DNA of 64,000 bases, taken from the NCBI GenBank assembly GCA_019358915.1, contig JAHHIM010000065.1, positions 64,001 through 128,000 of the forward strand. Reading direction: 5' to 3'. The stretch comes from Trichormus sp. ATA11-4-KO1 (GTDB lineage Bacteria; Cyanobacteriota; Cyanobacteriia; Cyanobacteriales; Nostocaceae). The notes beneath the pieces are model-generated. The model worked only from the letters and a program-made list of their open reading frames with translations, was not told the DNA's origin and ran no database searches. Below are positions 1 to 11,070 of the stretch, piece after piece. Numbering within the stretch: position 1 is the first letter of the stretch; every line of letters starts with the position of its first letter. Made by a program: the position numbers and the translations under genes.

Positions 1-203
1 CGTTCAGGGTCGCGGACATTTAAACCGCGCACGGCTAAGTCTACCTCGATGGGTACTGTTTTAGTCCCGACTTGGGCCACAGAACCAGTAGTGCCAGGAA
101 AAACAAATATGCCAATTATAACTAGCACAATTACCAGGGCAGCACCTAAATCGAGGATATTTATTTTGCCGAACAAGCGTCCTTTGGAATCTAAAATAGC
201 CAT
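1..203 (-). CDS. DUF4330-family membrane-anchored protein (5' part; runs off the window)
   Basis: Manual translation from ATG at 203: MAILDSKGRLFGKINILDLGAALVIVLVIIGIFVFPG...; the D-x-KGRLFGKINxxD + TM start is typical of DUF4330. Not in the ORF track. Confidence 0.75.
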   Translation of the reverse strand, partial: MAILDSKGRLFGKINILDLGAALVIVLVIIGIFVFPGTTGSVAQVGTKTVPIEVDLAVRGLNVRDPE

Positions 204-733
204 CAAAACTTTTCCTAGATACAAGCGGAATAATTGATTTTAGCAATAAGGTTGATCAGGGACACGGCAAGTTTCCCTATTTGAGACAGCTCAAGGCTAA
301 GCTAATCGTCATTCATTTTTCCAGACTGATTCGCTTGTAGTAAGGGCTTCAGCCCTGGTTTTATGCAACTTTAATGCTCATTAGCTTATTGGGCGTTGCA
401 GTCATGCGCCAGTCTAGCACGAGTTGGCAAATGGGTCGTCAAGAATATAAAAACAAGGGCATTTGGTTTATTTTAGACATGGGACAAAATTTTCATCATC
501 AAAGCCTTTGGAACCATACTGGTAAATACCTATGCATAAATATTTAGCCACTTTTCAACACGGCTGAAATTGCTGTATTCCCACACTGTCCCCTTTCCTC
601 TGTTACCTGTTCCCTCCCTCAACCAAGTAATTTATTTTGCACAACTAGTTATGCATCTTTGTTTTTGAGTCAAGAATGCAACTTAGAAGGCTCTAAATTC
701 GTCCTATAGTTTATCCCATTAGACCTAATAACA

Positions 734-1588
734 ATGACTTGGAAAGGCTTTTTTACAAATCATCATATGTGGCGGCGGCGCTGGTTTTATCCGTTAATTT
801 CGGTAGTAGTTGCCCTGAGTCTGTGTCTAACTACACCCATGCCTGGAAGGGCTTTCGATATTCGGTCGCTGCTGTTCCGGGGTGTACAGATAATTCAGAT
901 GTCTAATATATCTGATCGCCAGGAAGTTGATCTTGGTCAGCAGATGAATCAGCAGTTAAAGAGTGGTGATATTCGACTTAGCCGCAACTCTGCAATTAAT
1001 CGCTATGTGGAACAAATCGGTCGGCGCTTGGCAACTAACAGCGATCGCCCTAATCTCCCCTTTACCTTCCAAGTAGTTGAAGATGATGCGATTAATGCCT
1101 TTGCTACTTTGGGAGGTTTTGTCTATATTCACACGGGTTTAATCAAAGCCGCAGATAATGAAGCGGAACTAGCTAGTGTAATAGCCCATGAAATTGGTCA
1201 CATTGGCGGCAAACATTTAGTACAACAGATGCGGCAAAGAGCGATCGCAGGTGGTGTAGCTTCAGCCGCAGGTTTAGATCGTAATGCAGCCGTGGGAATT
1301 GGTGTAGAACTGGCGCTCAATCGTCCCCGCAGTCGTCAAGATGAATTTGATGCGGATAATAGAGGATTACGAACTTTGACTCGCGCTGGTTACGCCCAGT
1401 CGGCCATGGTCTCGTTTATGCAAAAGCTGATGCAAAGAGGGGGTTCTGTGCCTACATTTTTGAGTACTCACCCTGGAACAAGCGATCGCATTAGTGCCCT
1501 GCAACGTTCTATTGATGCCCAACCTAGCAATCAGCGTGACGGATTAGATAATGCTGCTTATCGAGCTAATATCCGTAGTTTGTTGTAG
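734..1588 (+). CDS. M48 family Zn metallopeptidase
   Basis: Signal peptide, INAFATLGG, HEIGH zincin motif, SRQDEFDAD, FLSTHP. Confidence 0.9.
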   Translation: MTWKGFFTNHHMWRRRWFYPLISVVVALSLCLTTPMPGRAFDIRSLLFRGVQIIQMSNISDRQEVDLGQQMNQQLKSGDIRLSRNSAINRYVEQIGRRLATNSDRPNLPFTFQVVEDDAINAFATLGGFVYIHTGLIKAADNEAELASVIAHEIGHIGGKHLVQQMRQRAIAGGVASAAGLDRNAAVGIGVELALNRPRSRQDEFDADNRGLRTLTRAGYAQSAMVSFMQKLMQRGGSVPTFLSTHPGTSDRISALQRSIDAQPSNQRDGLDNAAYRANIRSLL

Positions 1589-1648
1589 TTTGAACGTTAC
1601 TGTACACAGGAAAAACCCATAATTTTACATCTTCCCTTTTACTTCAGA

Positions 1649-2407
1649 TTATGCTCGCTGTTTGTGGCGGCGAGCAGCAATTTGGGATGGTTCAACAGTA
1701 ATCACCCCTTCTGCTAAGGGCAGGGTGCGGAGGTGGTTCTTAAAAATGTTGACTTGATAAATGAGGTTATTTGTCGTGTCTAATGCAGTTAACCAGCCAC
1801 TACGGGGATGGTAAGCACCAGTATCTATATCCAGCCACCCCTGCCCTTGTACAAGTTTTCCAGGGGTAACACCAGGGAAGGTAAAGGTAATAGTATGGCC
1901 AATGATAATTAGCTTATCAGTAAAGAAGGGCTGCTCAATGCTGTGAAATTCGTCACGTATCCAGCAAAATTGCTCGGCAGTTTGTGCTGCTAAAGGCATG
2001 GCAGGGTCAACACCAGCATGAGTTAACCAAATATCCCCCAAATCCAGATATGTAGGTAAAGTCTTTAACCAATCCAAATGTTCTACAGGAATGGTGGCTT
2101 CTGCGTAACTAGCTATTGTTGCCTGGCCTCCACTATACAGCCATGCTTGCATTGCTGGTGTCGCCATATTCTCGCTGGTGAGAATGTTTAATAACATCTG
2201 CTCATGATTTCCCAGCAGGCAGGCATAATTATTCTGCTTGACAAAATCAATAACGTGTGAACTTTGAGGTCCACGATCAATTAAATCTCCCAGAAAATAG
2301 ACTTGATCATCTGATGCTGGGGCGATCGCCTCCATCAATGTCATCAAACCTTCGTAGTGACCATGCACATCCCCAATAACAATTCGACGTTGGCTAGTTT
2401 CGCTCAT
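1649..2407 (-). CDS. Metallophosphoesterase / PPP-family Ser/Thr phosphatase
   Basis: GDVHG, GDLIDRG, GNHE, GHT, IDTG motifs; likely start MSETSQRR at 2407. Confidence 0.9.
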   Translation of the reverse strand: MSETSQRRIVIGDVHGHYEGLMTLMEAIAPASDDQVYFLGDLIDRGPQSSHVIDFVKQNNYACLLGNHEQMLLNILTSENMATPAMQAWLYSGGQATIASYAEATIPVEHLDWLKTLPTYLDLGDIWLTHAGVDPAMPLAAQTAEQFCWIRDEFHSIEQPFFTDKLIIIGHTITFTFPGVTPGKLVQGQGWLDIDTGAYHPRSGWLTALDTTNNLIYQVNIFKNHLRTLPLAEGVITVEPSQIAARRHKQRA

Positions 2408-2653
2408 CGGCTCTTGGCTTAAATAGTTGGGTTGAATAGTTTTGCTACAGTTTAAGTTGTCTGGTTTCCGCAAATCAAATACAGATAAAAAACCCTTGAC
2501 AAATTTTACTTTTATCTTAATTTAATTTTTGGAGTTCCATAACAGCCATAAGATCATACTGAAGCTTTGGTAGGCGATCGCAAAACCTACAAATTTCATC
2601 CAGACTAGCTTAAAATTTAGGTAATTGCCCTGTTACTAACTCCTAGTTGCAAA

Positions 2654-2938
2654 ATGTCTGATCAATTTTCTGCTGAAATTAGCTCGCGTATCTGTAAGCA
2701 TATGAACGAAGATCATACTGATGCAATAGTTCTTTATGCCAAGGCTTTCGGTGGTGTAACAGATGCAACAACCGCAGAAATGCTGTCAATTGATGCTGAG
2801 GGGATGAATTTAACAGCACAAGTAAACCAGGAAACTGTACCAGTTCGCATTCAGTTCGACCGTACTTTAGCAGATGCAGAAGATGCTCACCAAACTCTGA
2901 TTGCAATGGTCAAGCAGGCGCGGGTTCAAGCAAAGTAA
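2654..2938 (+). CDS. DUF2470 (heme-utilisation/HugZ-associated) domain protein
   Basis: RICKHMNEDH...A.MLSID.EGM.L pattern. Confidence 0.8.
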   Translation: MSDQFSAEISSRICKHMNEDHTDAIVLYAKAFGGVTDATTAEMLSIDAEGMNLTAQVNQETVPVRIQFDRTLADAEDAHQTLIAMVKQARVQAK

Positions 2939-2940
2939 AA

Positions 2941-3234
2941 ATGGCGATCGCTTCAGCAACCAATGTTTTGTTATTAACTGTAGTTGCTAGTGATGCTAAT
3001 CGCCTGGGAGTTTACCATAATAAGAGAGTGAGGCGATTAACACCCCGTGAAGTAGCACGTTTACAAGGGTTTCCTGATAATTTTATACTGCATTCTAATG
3101 ATGATAAAGCCTATTATCAACTGGGCAATTCAGTAAGCATTAATGTAGTTAAGGCTGTGGCTGAGGAAGTAATATTGAAAATGTTAGATTCTGCTCAGAA
3201 TCGAGATCAGAAAATTGAGCCAATACTTGCTTAA
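2941..3234 (+). pseudogene. C-terminal fragment of a C5-cytosine DNA methyltransferase
   Basis: RRLTPREVARLQGFPD (motif IX) and YYQLGNSV (motif X) present; FxGxG and catalytic PC motifs absent. Confidence 0.8.
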
Positions 3235-4025
3235 TGTTCTGCGCGCAATAACCAAAAGCCGCTATAAGTCATCCCAGAATCATCAGGCTGCACTAACAAA
3301 AAATGTAATCCTCGGCTTTGTTGTTGGCGTTGTTGATAAACCTGCGCAGCAGCAGTAACATCTGGATCTGCAAACGTCGCCACAATCCACCTATCCACTA
3401 AACCTGCTTCTAATATCAAGCCATCTGGTGTACCAGCAATGTAATTTAATGCTACGGGATGTGTTGCTTGTAACCACCTGGCTAAACGCATTGATTGCCT
3501 ACCTCCGTAGATAACTACACCGGGGACGGGTATGGTAGAAGCTAAACCTAGATTAATGGGTTGAAGAGATTCTGGTATGGATAAAATCGGAATTGGGCGT
3601 TCTGTAAACACATCCACAAGTTCGCCAGATGGGAGTGTAGCAAAGCGCCACTCTTCCCCCCAAAGATTCTCTGGTAATGGTACAGGAGGCGGTTTATCTA
3701 GCGCTAAGGGATATTGCTTTTCTTGTAACCACTGTTTTAATGCCAAAGTGTAACGAGTGGGTTCGACATTAATACCTAAAGTGCGTCCAGCCGCTTGAAT
3801 TAAACTCAACGACTGGGGACGAAATACCTGAATTATATCGGGGAGTTGATCACCAGCTGCTAGCTGAAGTTGAGCTGCTACCCAACTGGAATTTGCTGCT
3901 GACTGGGGACAGGTGGCTGTATACTCGAAACTGCGATTTGAATCACAAATCAACAGTTCCCATAAAACTTGTCCTGCGGTATCACGCAACGGACTACGAT
4001 AAAAATCAGCTTGCCAAATTTTCAT
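3231..4025 (-). CDS. Tab2/Atab2 family RNA-binding protein (DUF1092)
   Basis: MKIWQADFYRSP...WELLICD, LPENLWGEEWRF, GLHFLLVQPDDSGMTYSGFWLL. Confidence 0.85.
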   Translation of the reverse strand: MKIWQADFYRSPLRDTAGQVLWELLICDSNRSFEYTATCPQSAANSSWVAAQLQLAAGDQLPDIIQVFRPQSLSLIQAAGRTLGINVEPTRYTLALKQWLQEKQYPLALDKPPPVPLPENLWGEEWRFATLPSGELVDVFTERPIPILSIPESLQPINLGLASTIPVPGVVIYGGRQSMRLARWLQATHPVALNYIAGTPDGLILEAGLVDRWIVATFADPDVTAAAQVYQQRQQQSRGLHFLLVQPDDSGMTYSGFWLLRAEH

Positions 4026-4144
4026 ATTTTTTGCCTCACGCAAAGGCGCAAAGGCGCAAAGAAGAATAAAACTAAGTTGTATTAAAGCTCAAAAAAAGGG
4101 GCAGGTAATCCACCCCTTAATCAAACCAGGAAACTGAAAAGGCT

Positions 4145-4719
4145 TTAAAGCTGTACTTTAGCCAAAATAGGTGACACACGGGTAGCTATTTCTGGGACAT
4201 ACACTTGTGAAACGTAGTCGGCTATCATCCTATCTGTATTGAATAGAGGTGCATTAGTCTTAATGGATGCTTTCATCATTTGCACCCAGCGATGGGGAAT
4301 GCCTTGAGCGTCTTGGTCATAGTATAGAGGAACAATTTCCTCTTCTAACAGATGATATAGCGATCACGAATCGATGCGGTCTTGCAATTCTTGGTCGCTA
4401 GTATGAGCATCTTCACCTATGGCCCAACCGTTAATTCCTTGTAGGCGTCAAACTCCTGCGCTAAGGCGGAAATTTGCTTCAAATAAAATGGATCTTCTGC
4501 TAACTGGGTGAGGCGTTCGTAACTTGCCGACTCTAAAATTGCCACTGGGTTATGTCCACAGCGTTCCCATTCTTGGGGATCAATGGTGGGAAACAGCGCG
4601 ATGCGATCGCTCGTCCAACACCACCAATAGTTATAAGCTAAATCTGCTAACCGTTTTAGTGGAAAAGGTAATTTTTCGCTCAAGCGAGTTGCTGCCGTGA
4701 TTGCACTGCTATTAGCCAT
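4145..4719 (-). pseudogene. glgP: Alpha-glucan (glycogen) phosphorylase pseudogene with large internal deletion
   Basis: N-terminus (LADLAYNYWWCW...HNPV) is joined out of frame near 4440 to the C-terminus GINGWAIGEDAHTSDQELQDRIDS*SLYHLLEEEIVPLYYDQ...WVQMMKASIKTNAPLFNTDRMIADYV; extra TGA at 4364-4366. Confidence 0.85.
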
Positions 4720-5206
4720 ACAAATCTACACTTTTTGTTACTTTATGCTCTATTTCGCTTAACATCTGCTCCCCATCAATATCCTCTTCAGGTTTATTGC
4801 TTCCGAGTATTTGTTGGTGAATCCTCCCCTGAAGTAGGAGCAGGTTATAGACATCAAACTTTATCCAAGACAAATGGTTTCTCTTGTTTCTGCTTTATTA
4901 GAGATTATCCAGTTTTTTGAGCAATTTAGCTAATTTCGTTACATCAAATTAGTTGACATTATTTTAAAATATCTATTTTGTTATTAACATTTATTTAAAA
5001 TTTGATTATAAACAAACAAAATTTTACATTATGCCCTAGGCTCTAGGGAAGCGTCCCCAATATTTGATTTTATTTTTAAACGCAAAGGGGCGCAAAGGTT
5101 CACGCAAAGGTACGCAGAGTTTTTTTTGAAAGCTTTGTGTTTCTTAGTAAAAAAAATTGGGATGCACCCAGTCTCTAGTTACTGTTTTCAATTTATATCA
5201 GCCAAC

Positions 5207-5389
5207 TTATTTAATTTTTCTCAACTTAGCCATATAATTAAGTATAATCACAATAATTATCAAAGTGTAACTTGCATAAATAGCAACACTGAAAGTAAGA
5301 AATACAGGTAGATTGAGCCTTCTAATTAAAATTACCGTTCCCATACTAAAAATTGTACTAGCTAGAAAAGCTAATAAATTTTTATTCAA
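5207..5389 (-). CDS. Putative small two-helix membrane protein
   Basis: AGGAG 6 nt before a TTG start; two hydrophobic stretches and a basic tail; very AT-rich, so may be spurious. Confidence 0.4.
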   Translation of the reverse strand: MNKNLLAFLASTIFSMGTVILIRRLNLPVFLTFSVAIYASYTLIIIVIILNYMAKLRKIK

Positions 5390-5524
5390 AATATTCTCCT
5401 ATTAACTACTGGAACTTTATTTATTAATAGTTGATTTAGTAGCTAAATACCGTAAATAATGTTACGTTTAAATCTATTTTTAAGTTTATGGAGATTAATT
5501 TAATATTCAACTGCATCACTCGCT

Positions 5525-6376
5525 TCACCTAATTGACCCAAAAGCAATCTTATGGTGACGGATGTGGTCTGCAATAAAACTGGCAATGAAATAATAACTG
5601 TGGTCGTAACCTGTTTGATAACGCAAATTTAAAGGCTGATTGACAGATGTACAAGCTTGCTCAAACACCTCTGGTAGTAATTGTGCAGCTAAAAATTTAT
5701 CAGCACTTCCTTGGTCAATGAGAATTGGACTATGATATCCCACTTGCTTAACTAATTCACTAGCATCATAGTTGCACCATGTTTCTTGATTACTTCCCAG
5801 ATAAAGACTGAACGCCTTTTGACCCCAAGGACATTGCATAGGTGCAGTGATAGGTGCAAAAGCTGAAACTGATTTATACAATTGTGGGTTTCGCATGGCA
5901 CAAACTAGCGCCCCATGTCCCCCCATTGAATGACCAAAAATACCTTGTTTCTCAGCTTGTACCGGAAAATTGGCAGCAACTAAAGCAGGTAATTCCTGGA
6001 CGATATAACTATACATTTTGTAGTGCCTGCACCACGGTTCTTCTGTAGCATCAACATAAAACCCCGCACCTGTACCAAAATCCCAATCATCATCTTCACC
6101 AGGAATACCTGTGTTACGAGGGCTAGTATCTGGTACAACCAACATTAAGCCATACTCAGATGCGTAGCGTTGTGCCCCTGCTTTGACCATAAAATTTTCT
6201 TCAGTGCAAGTTAAGCCAGAGAGAAAATAGAGAACTGGTACTGGCCGTTGAGTGGCTTGCGGAGGTTGATAGACGGCCAAGCGCATTTCACAGTTACAGG
6301 TTGAGGAAGGGTGAGAGTAAAAGCCGAGTTTGCCGCCAAAGCTTTTATATTCTGAGATGAGAGTGAGATTAGTCAT
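5525..6376 (-). CDS. fghA: S-formylglutathione hydrolase
   Basis: [17 protein letters not shown] nucleophile elbow, GYDHSYYFI. Confidence 0.95.
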   Translation of the reverse strand: MTNLTLISEYKSFGGKLGFYSHPSSTCNCEMRLAVYQPPQATQRPVPVLYFLSGLTCTEENFMVKAGAQRYASEYGLMLVVPDTSPRNTGIPGEDDDWDFGTGAGFYVDATEEPWCRHYKMYSYIVQELPALVAANFPVQAEKQGIFGHSMGGHGALVCAMRNPQLYKSVSAFAPITAPMQCPWGQKAFSLYLGSNQETWCNYDASELVKQVGYHSPILIDQGSADKFLAAQLLPEVFEQACTSVNQPLNLRYQTGYDHSYYFIASFIADHIRHHKIAFGSIR

Positions 6377-6543
6377 TATTTCAATTTTGATGTAAATTCA
6401 CTTGTAACAAATAGTGGCGATCGCAATTTTAAGTTGTGTTATTTATGCATAATAAAATCTTAAATACACAAGCAGCAATTTTGCTCAAAGTCGGGAATAA
6501 AACAGCAAAAAGGTGCTAAAACAATTATTGCAGGCTTTAAATA

Positions 6544-8688
6544 ATGTACTCCAGAATACGCAAACCATCCCAAAACGCTTCCTCTTCAGAACCATCCAGC
6601 AAAAATCCGTTTGCGCCACGCAGTTTTAAAGTTCCTACTCCAGAAGAAGTAACGTCCCAACCTGAGCAAACACCCGATTTACAAACTACCAGACAGTTTG
6701 ACAATGGTTTTCCAGATGTCTCGATGTTTCTTCCGCGTCCTTCAGCACCAACACCACGAGTGCAGATGAAGTTAACCATCGGTCAGCCAGGGGATAAGTA
6801 TGAACAACAGGCCGATAAAGTAGCAGCAGATATAGTGCAGCAAAACCAGGGTGTGTCCCAGTATCAAAATCCTGTAGAGCCAGAACAGATTAACCAAGTC
6901 ATGATTCAACGTTGTTTGAATCTAGATGACCCATCTTGGGAAAAATGGACATTTTTTGGTAACTTCACCTCTTATGACCCCCAGCAAGCCAAGCAAGAAT
7001 TACAAAATACATTTATAGAACTCAAAGACCTAATTTCTCATATTGAGGAATCTGTCTCTGAACTCAAGGTAAATAACTTTTCATCAAAGATATCTCAGTT
7101 TAAAAAATTTATTGTTACAACCAAAGAAAAAACCAAAATTACATATCAAGAAGGTCAAGCTTTATTAAAACAAATCAAGCAACAAAAAGCTGCGGCAGTA
7201 AAACTTAAAGAAGAAGTTGCCACTGCTATCAAAGAGGAGGAAGCGAAAGAACAGCAACAGAAGGAGGAAGAAGAGAAAAAGAAACAAGCAGAACTTGAGC
7301 GACAGCAAGAAGAAGAACGTCAAAGACAAGAGGAAATCGAACGCCAAAAAGAAGAAGAAATTAAAAAGCAGGCAGAACTCAAACGACAACAAGAAGAAAA
7401 ACTTGCTGCTGAACAAGAGGCACAAAGACAAGAAGAAGAGAAGAAAAAACAAGAGGCAAGAAAACAGAAGGCAGCAGAAAAAAGGCGTATAGAGTTAGAA
7501 GAAAAACATCAGCAAGAAGCAGAAAAACAAAAGCAGTTGCAAATACAGCGAGAAGAGAGAAGGAAACGACAAGAAGAAGAAGAACAAAAACGAAAAGAAA
7601 TAGAAATGAAACGGCAGGAGGAAAGACTTAAAAAACAGGAGGAAGAACGTAAACGTCAGGAAGCAGAGCGAAAGAATAAAGAAGAAAAGATAATTCAGTT
7701 ACAAAGCGAAGCTAAACAACTAGAAACGCAAATAAAAAATAAATCAGTAAATGATGTAACCAAAGAGTTACAGAAGGCTTACATAAAAGAGTTTCATCAG
7801 GCTCGTTCACGTATACAAGGTAAAGATGCAGAAGCTGATCAAGAAGCCATAGAGGCATTTAAGATATTAATTCCAATCGCAACTCAAATTTATAACGAGT
7901 CGGAGAGTATCTCGGCAAACAACATGCAAATAGCACTGAACAATTCATATATTAACGGTCTGTGCAATAACCTCAAGCAGAAAATTCTGGCAGATAAAGG
8001 GATTAGTGAAGCGACATTAGAACTTGTCAGCCAATTCAAAAAAGAAGTTGGTAAAATATGTGAATATTACCAGAAAATCGCTCAGCTAGAGCAAGAAAAC
8101 AATACAATCCAACAGAAAGATATCTATCCACCTCAATTCAAAAAAGAAGCAAATCAAGTATTTACACAATTAGAAACAGACAAAAATAACTATGACAAAA
8201 ATCAATTAGCACAATCTATCGCCCAATTTAAAAGAGACCATGTTGAGAAATACTATGAATATATTAATAGAAAAGCTAAAGCTGAGGCTATGCACTTAGC
8301 CTATGAGCAAACAGTTGAAGGTCAATTTATGCAAAATCCATCTGTTGCAGCACTAGAAAAACTTGTTAACGATGGGGAAGTCAAAACAGGAGAAATTAAA
8401 AGAGCTTACATTTCAACTTGGGATGATCAGAAACAGGGTGAATTCTCAATCGAATGTCCGTTAGAAATAGGGCAAGAACAGTATAGAAACGTGGTAATTC
8501 ATGTTCACTGTAACTCTGACGGCAGTGCAAAAGACGGAAATGCTGCTCACTTTAAATTAGCCAATAACAAATATGATGGTAAGACTTGGGAACTGTCGAA
8601 AACATTGAGAGATGAGCTAATACCATCTGCATATGCAATGCGTAGTGCAGGGGAAAAAGATTTAGGTGACTATTTGGATAATTTTTAA
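6544..8688 (+). CDS. Coiled-coil protein with DUF4157/eCIS-effector-type leader and unknown C-terminal domain
   Basis: N-terminal NPFAPRSF...QMKLTIGQPGDKYEQQADKVA...IQR; ~170 aa E/K/Q/R coil; C-terminal VVIHVHCN...AAHFK. Confidence 0.6.
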   Translation: MYSRIRKPSQNASSSEPSSKNPFAPRSFKVPTPEEVTSQPEQTPDLQTTRQFDNGFPDVSMFLPRPSAPTPRVQMKLTIGQPGDKYEQQADKVAADIVQQNQGVSQYQNPVEPEQINQVMIQRCLNLDDPSWEKWTFFGNFTSYDPQQAKQELQNTFIELKDLISHIEESVSELKVNNFSSKISQFKKFIVTTKEKTKITYQEGQALLKQIKQQKAAAVKLKEEVATAIKEEEAKEQQQKEEEEKKKQAELERQQEEERQRQEEIERQKEEEIKKQAELKRQQEEKLAAEQEAQRQEEEKKKQEARKQKAAEKRRIELEEKHQQEAEKQKQLQIQREERRKRQEEEEQKRKEIEMKRQEERLKKQEEERKRQEAERKNKEEKIIQLQSEAKQLETQIKNKSVNDVTKELQKAYIKEFHQARSRIQGKDAEADQEAIEAFKILIPIATQIYNESESISANNMQIALNNSYINGLCNNLKQKILADKGISEATLELVSQFKKEVGKICEYYQKIAQLEQENNTIQQKDIYPPQFKKEANQVFTQLETDKNNYDKNQLAQSIAQFKRDHVEKYYEYINRKAKAEAMHLAYEQTVEGQFMQNPSVAALEKLVNDGEVKTGEIKRAYISTWDDQKQGEFSIECPLEIGQEQYRNVVIHVHCNSDGSAKDGNAAHFKLANNKYDGKTWELSKTLRDELIPSAYAMRSAGEKDLGDYLDNF

Positions 8689-8748
8689 AGTTTGATAGTC
8701 CTGTACTATTTCAAGAAGTTAAATGTTAACATTATGATTTGATCGCGA

Positions 8749-9246
8749 TTATTCCATTAAATCATCCGTTACAGGTTCACCAGGATAAAAGCGATCGCTC
8801 TGAATTTCTGTCAAACTATATAGGGCTTGCTGGGGAAAAGTTGAGAATGGCAAATTAGTTTCACCTGATGCTAAATCTCTGGCATTTTCGTAGGCTTCTG
8901 GTAATGCTTCTTCAATGTAAGGCTTCAGGCTGGGATTCTCGCTCAATAACTTGATAATTTCCCGCCGTTGTACTCTAATTGTTGATAACCAACTACGACT
9001 GCGTTTTGCTGATTGAAATTCCCACTTTAGTAAATGTGCAATTAAAATACTCAAGCGATTTCGTAATTCTTGACGTTCCCTTTTCCCCAAAGATGCGATT
9101 TCCTCGATTAAATTGGGCAAATCAAGCTGATTCCATTCCCGTTCATGCAGTAAATTGACTTGTTGCTGAGTCCAGGCGTAAAAGTCACTTTCATAGAGAT
9201 TGGCTTTCAGGTTTGTCGATGATGTTCCGGTTTGTGGTGTTTGCAT
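8749..9246 (-). CDS. DUF29 family protein (copy 2)
   Basis: LYESDFYAWTQQQ, LDLPNLIEEI, HLLKW, SW..TI..QR, NPSLK. Confidence 0.9.
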   Translation of the reverse strand: MQTPQTGTSSTNLKANLYESDFYAWTQQQVNLLHEREWNQLDLPNLIEEIASLGKRERQELRNRLSILIAHLLKWEFQSAKRSRSWLSTIRVQRREIIKLLSENPSLKPYIEEALPEAYENARDLASGETNLPFSTFPQQALYSLTEIQSDRFYPGEPVTDDLME

Positions 9247-9250
9247 TCTT

Positions 9251-9748
9251 TCACTCCATCCAATCATCACTTACAACTTCACCTGGATAAAAGCGATCGC
9301 TCTGAATTTCTTCTAGAGTATAAGGACAATCTGGGGGAAATGTCTTCAAAGGTAAGTTGGTTTCTCCAGCCGCTAAGGCAGTTGCTTTGAGGTAAGCTTT
9401 TGGCAGCATTTCTTGTAGGTAGGGTTGGAGACTGGGGTTTTCTGTCAACAATTCCCACGTATCTATACGCTGGATACGAATTGTATTCAACCAACTCCGA
9501 CTGCGTTTGCTTGATTGAAATTCCCACTTTAGTAAATGTGCAATTAAGATACTGAGGCGATTTCGTAACTCTTGACGTTCCTTTCTGCCCAAAGATTCAA
9601 TTTCCTCGATTAAATTGGGCAAGTCAAGCTGGTTCCATTCCTGTTCATGCAGCAGGTTGACTTGTTGCTGAGTCCAAGCGTAAAAGTCTGTTTCATAGAG
9701 GTTTGCTTTCAGGTTTGCCGATGATGTTCCGGTTTGTGGTGTCTGCAT
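9251..9748 (-). CDS. DUF29 family protein (copy 1)
   Basis: LYETDFYAWTQQQ, HLLKW, FP.DCPY; 5' half nearly identical to the adjacent copy. Confidence 0.9.
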   Translation of the reverse strand: MQTPQTGTSSANLKANLYETDFYAWTQQQVNLLHEQEWNQLDLPNLIEEIESLGRKERQELRNRLSILIAHLLKWEFQSSKRSRSWLNTIRIQRIDTWELLTENPSLQPYLQEMLPKAYLKATALAAGETNLPLKTFPPDCPYTLEEIQSDRFYPGEVVSDDWME

Positions 9749-9816
9749 GGTCAAAACCTGGGGGATATTCTTTCATTTTAATGGAGATGCGATCGCCTGT
9801 CATATCTCCTACAAAA

Positions 9817-10944
<1,128 letters not shown>

Positions 10945-11070
10945 TCATGGGCTGTTTTGAGTTTATATCAGGGATGGCTGAGAGCAAGTTTTTGTTGTTT
11001 TTTTGTTAACTTTGAACTATCTAAAAATTGGTACAATTTACATTTAGTGAATCAAAAATATAAAGGGTTT

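Noticed and set aside
49..246. ORF-track 62-aa and 61-aa ORFs
   Set aside because: Wrong frames; the real gene is the minus-strand DUF4330 CDS starting at 203
4364..4366. Selenocysteine or readthrough at the in-frame TGA in glgP
   Set aside because: The gene is also deleted and frameshifted, so simple decay explains it
7165..7492. Phe/Leu-rich and Lys/Arg-rich ORFs overlapping the 714-aa gene
   Set aside because: Shadow frames of the GAA/AAA-rich coiled-coil sequence
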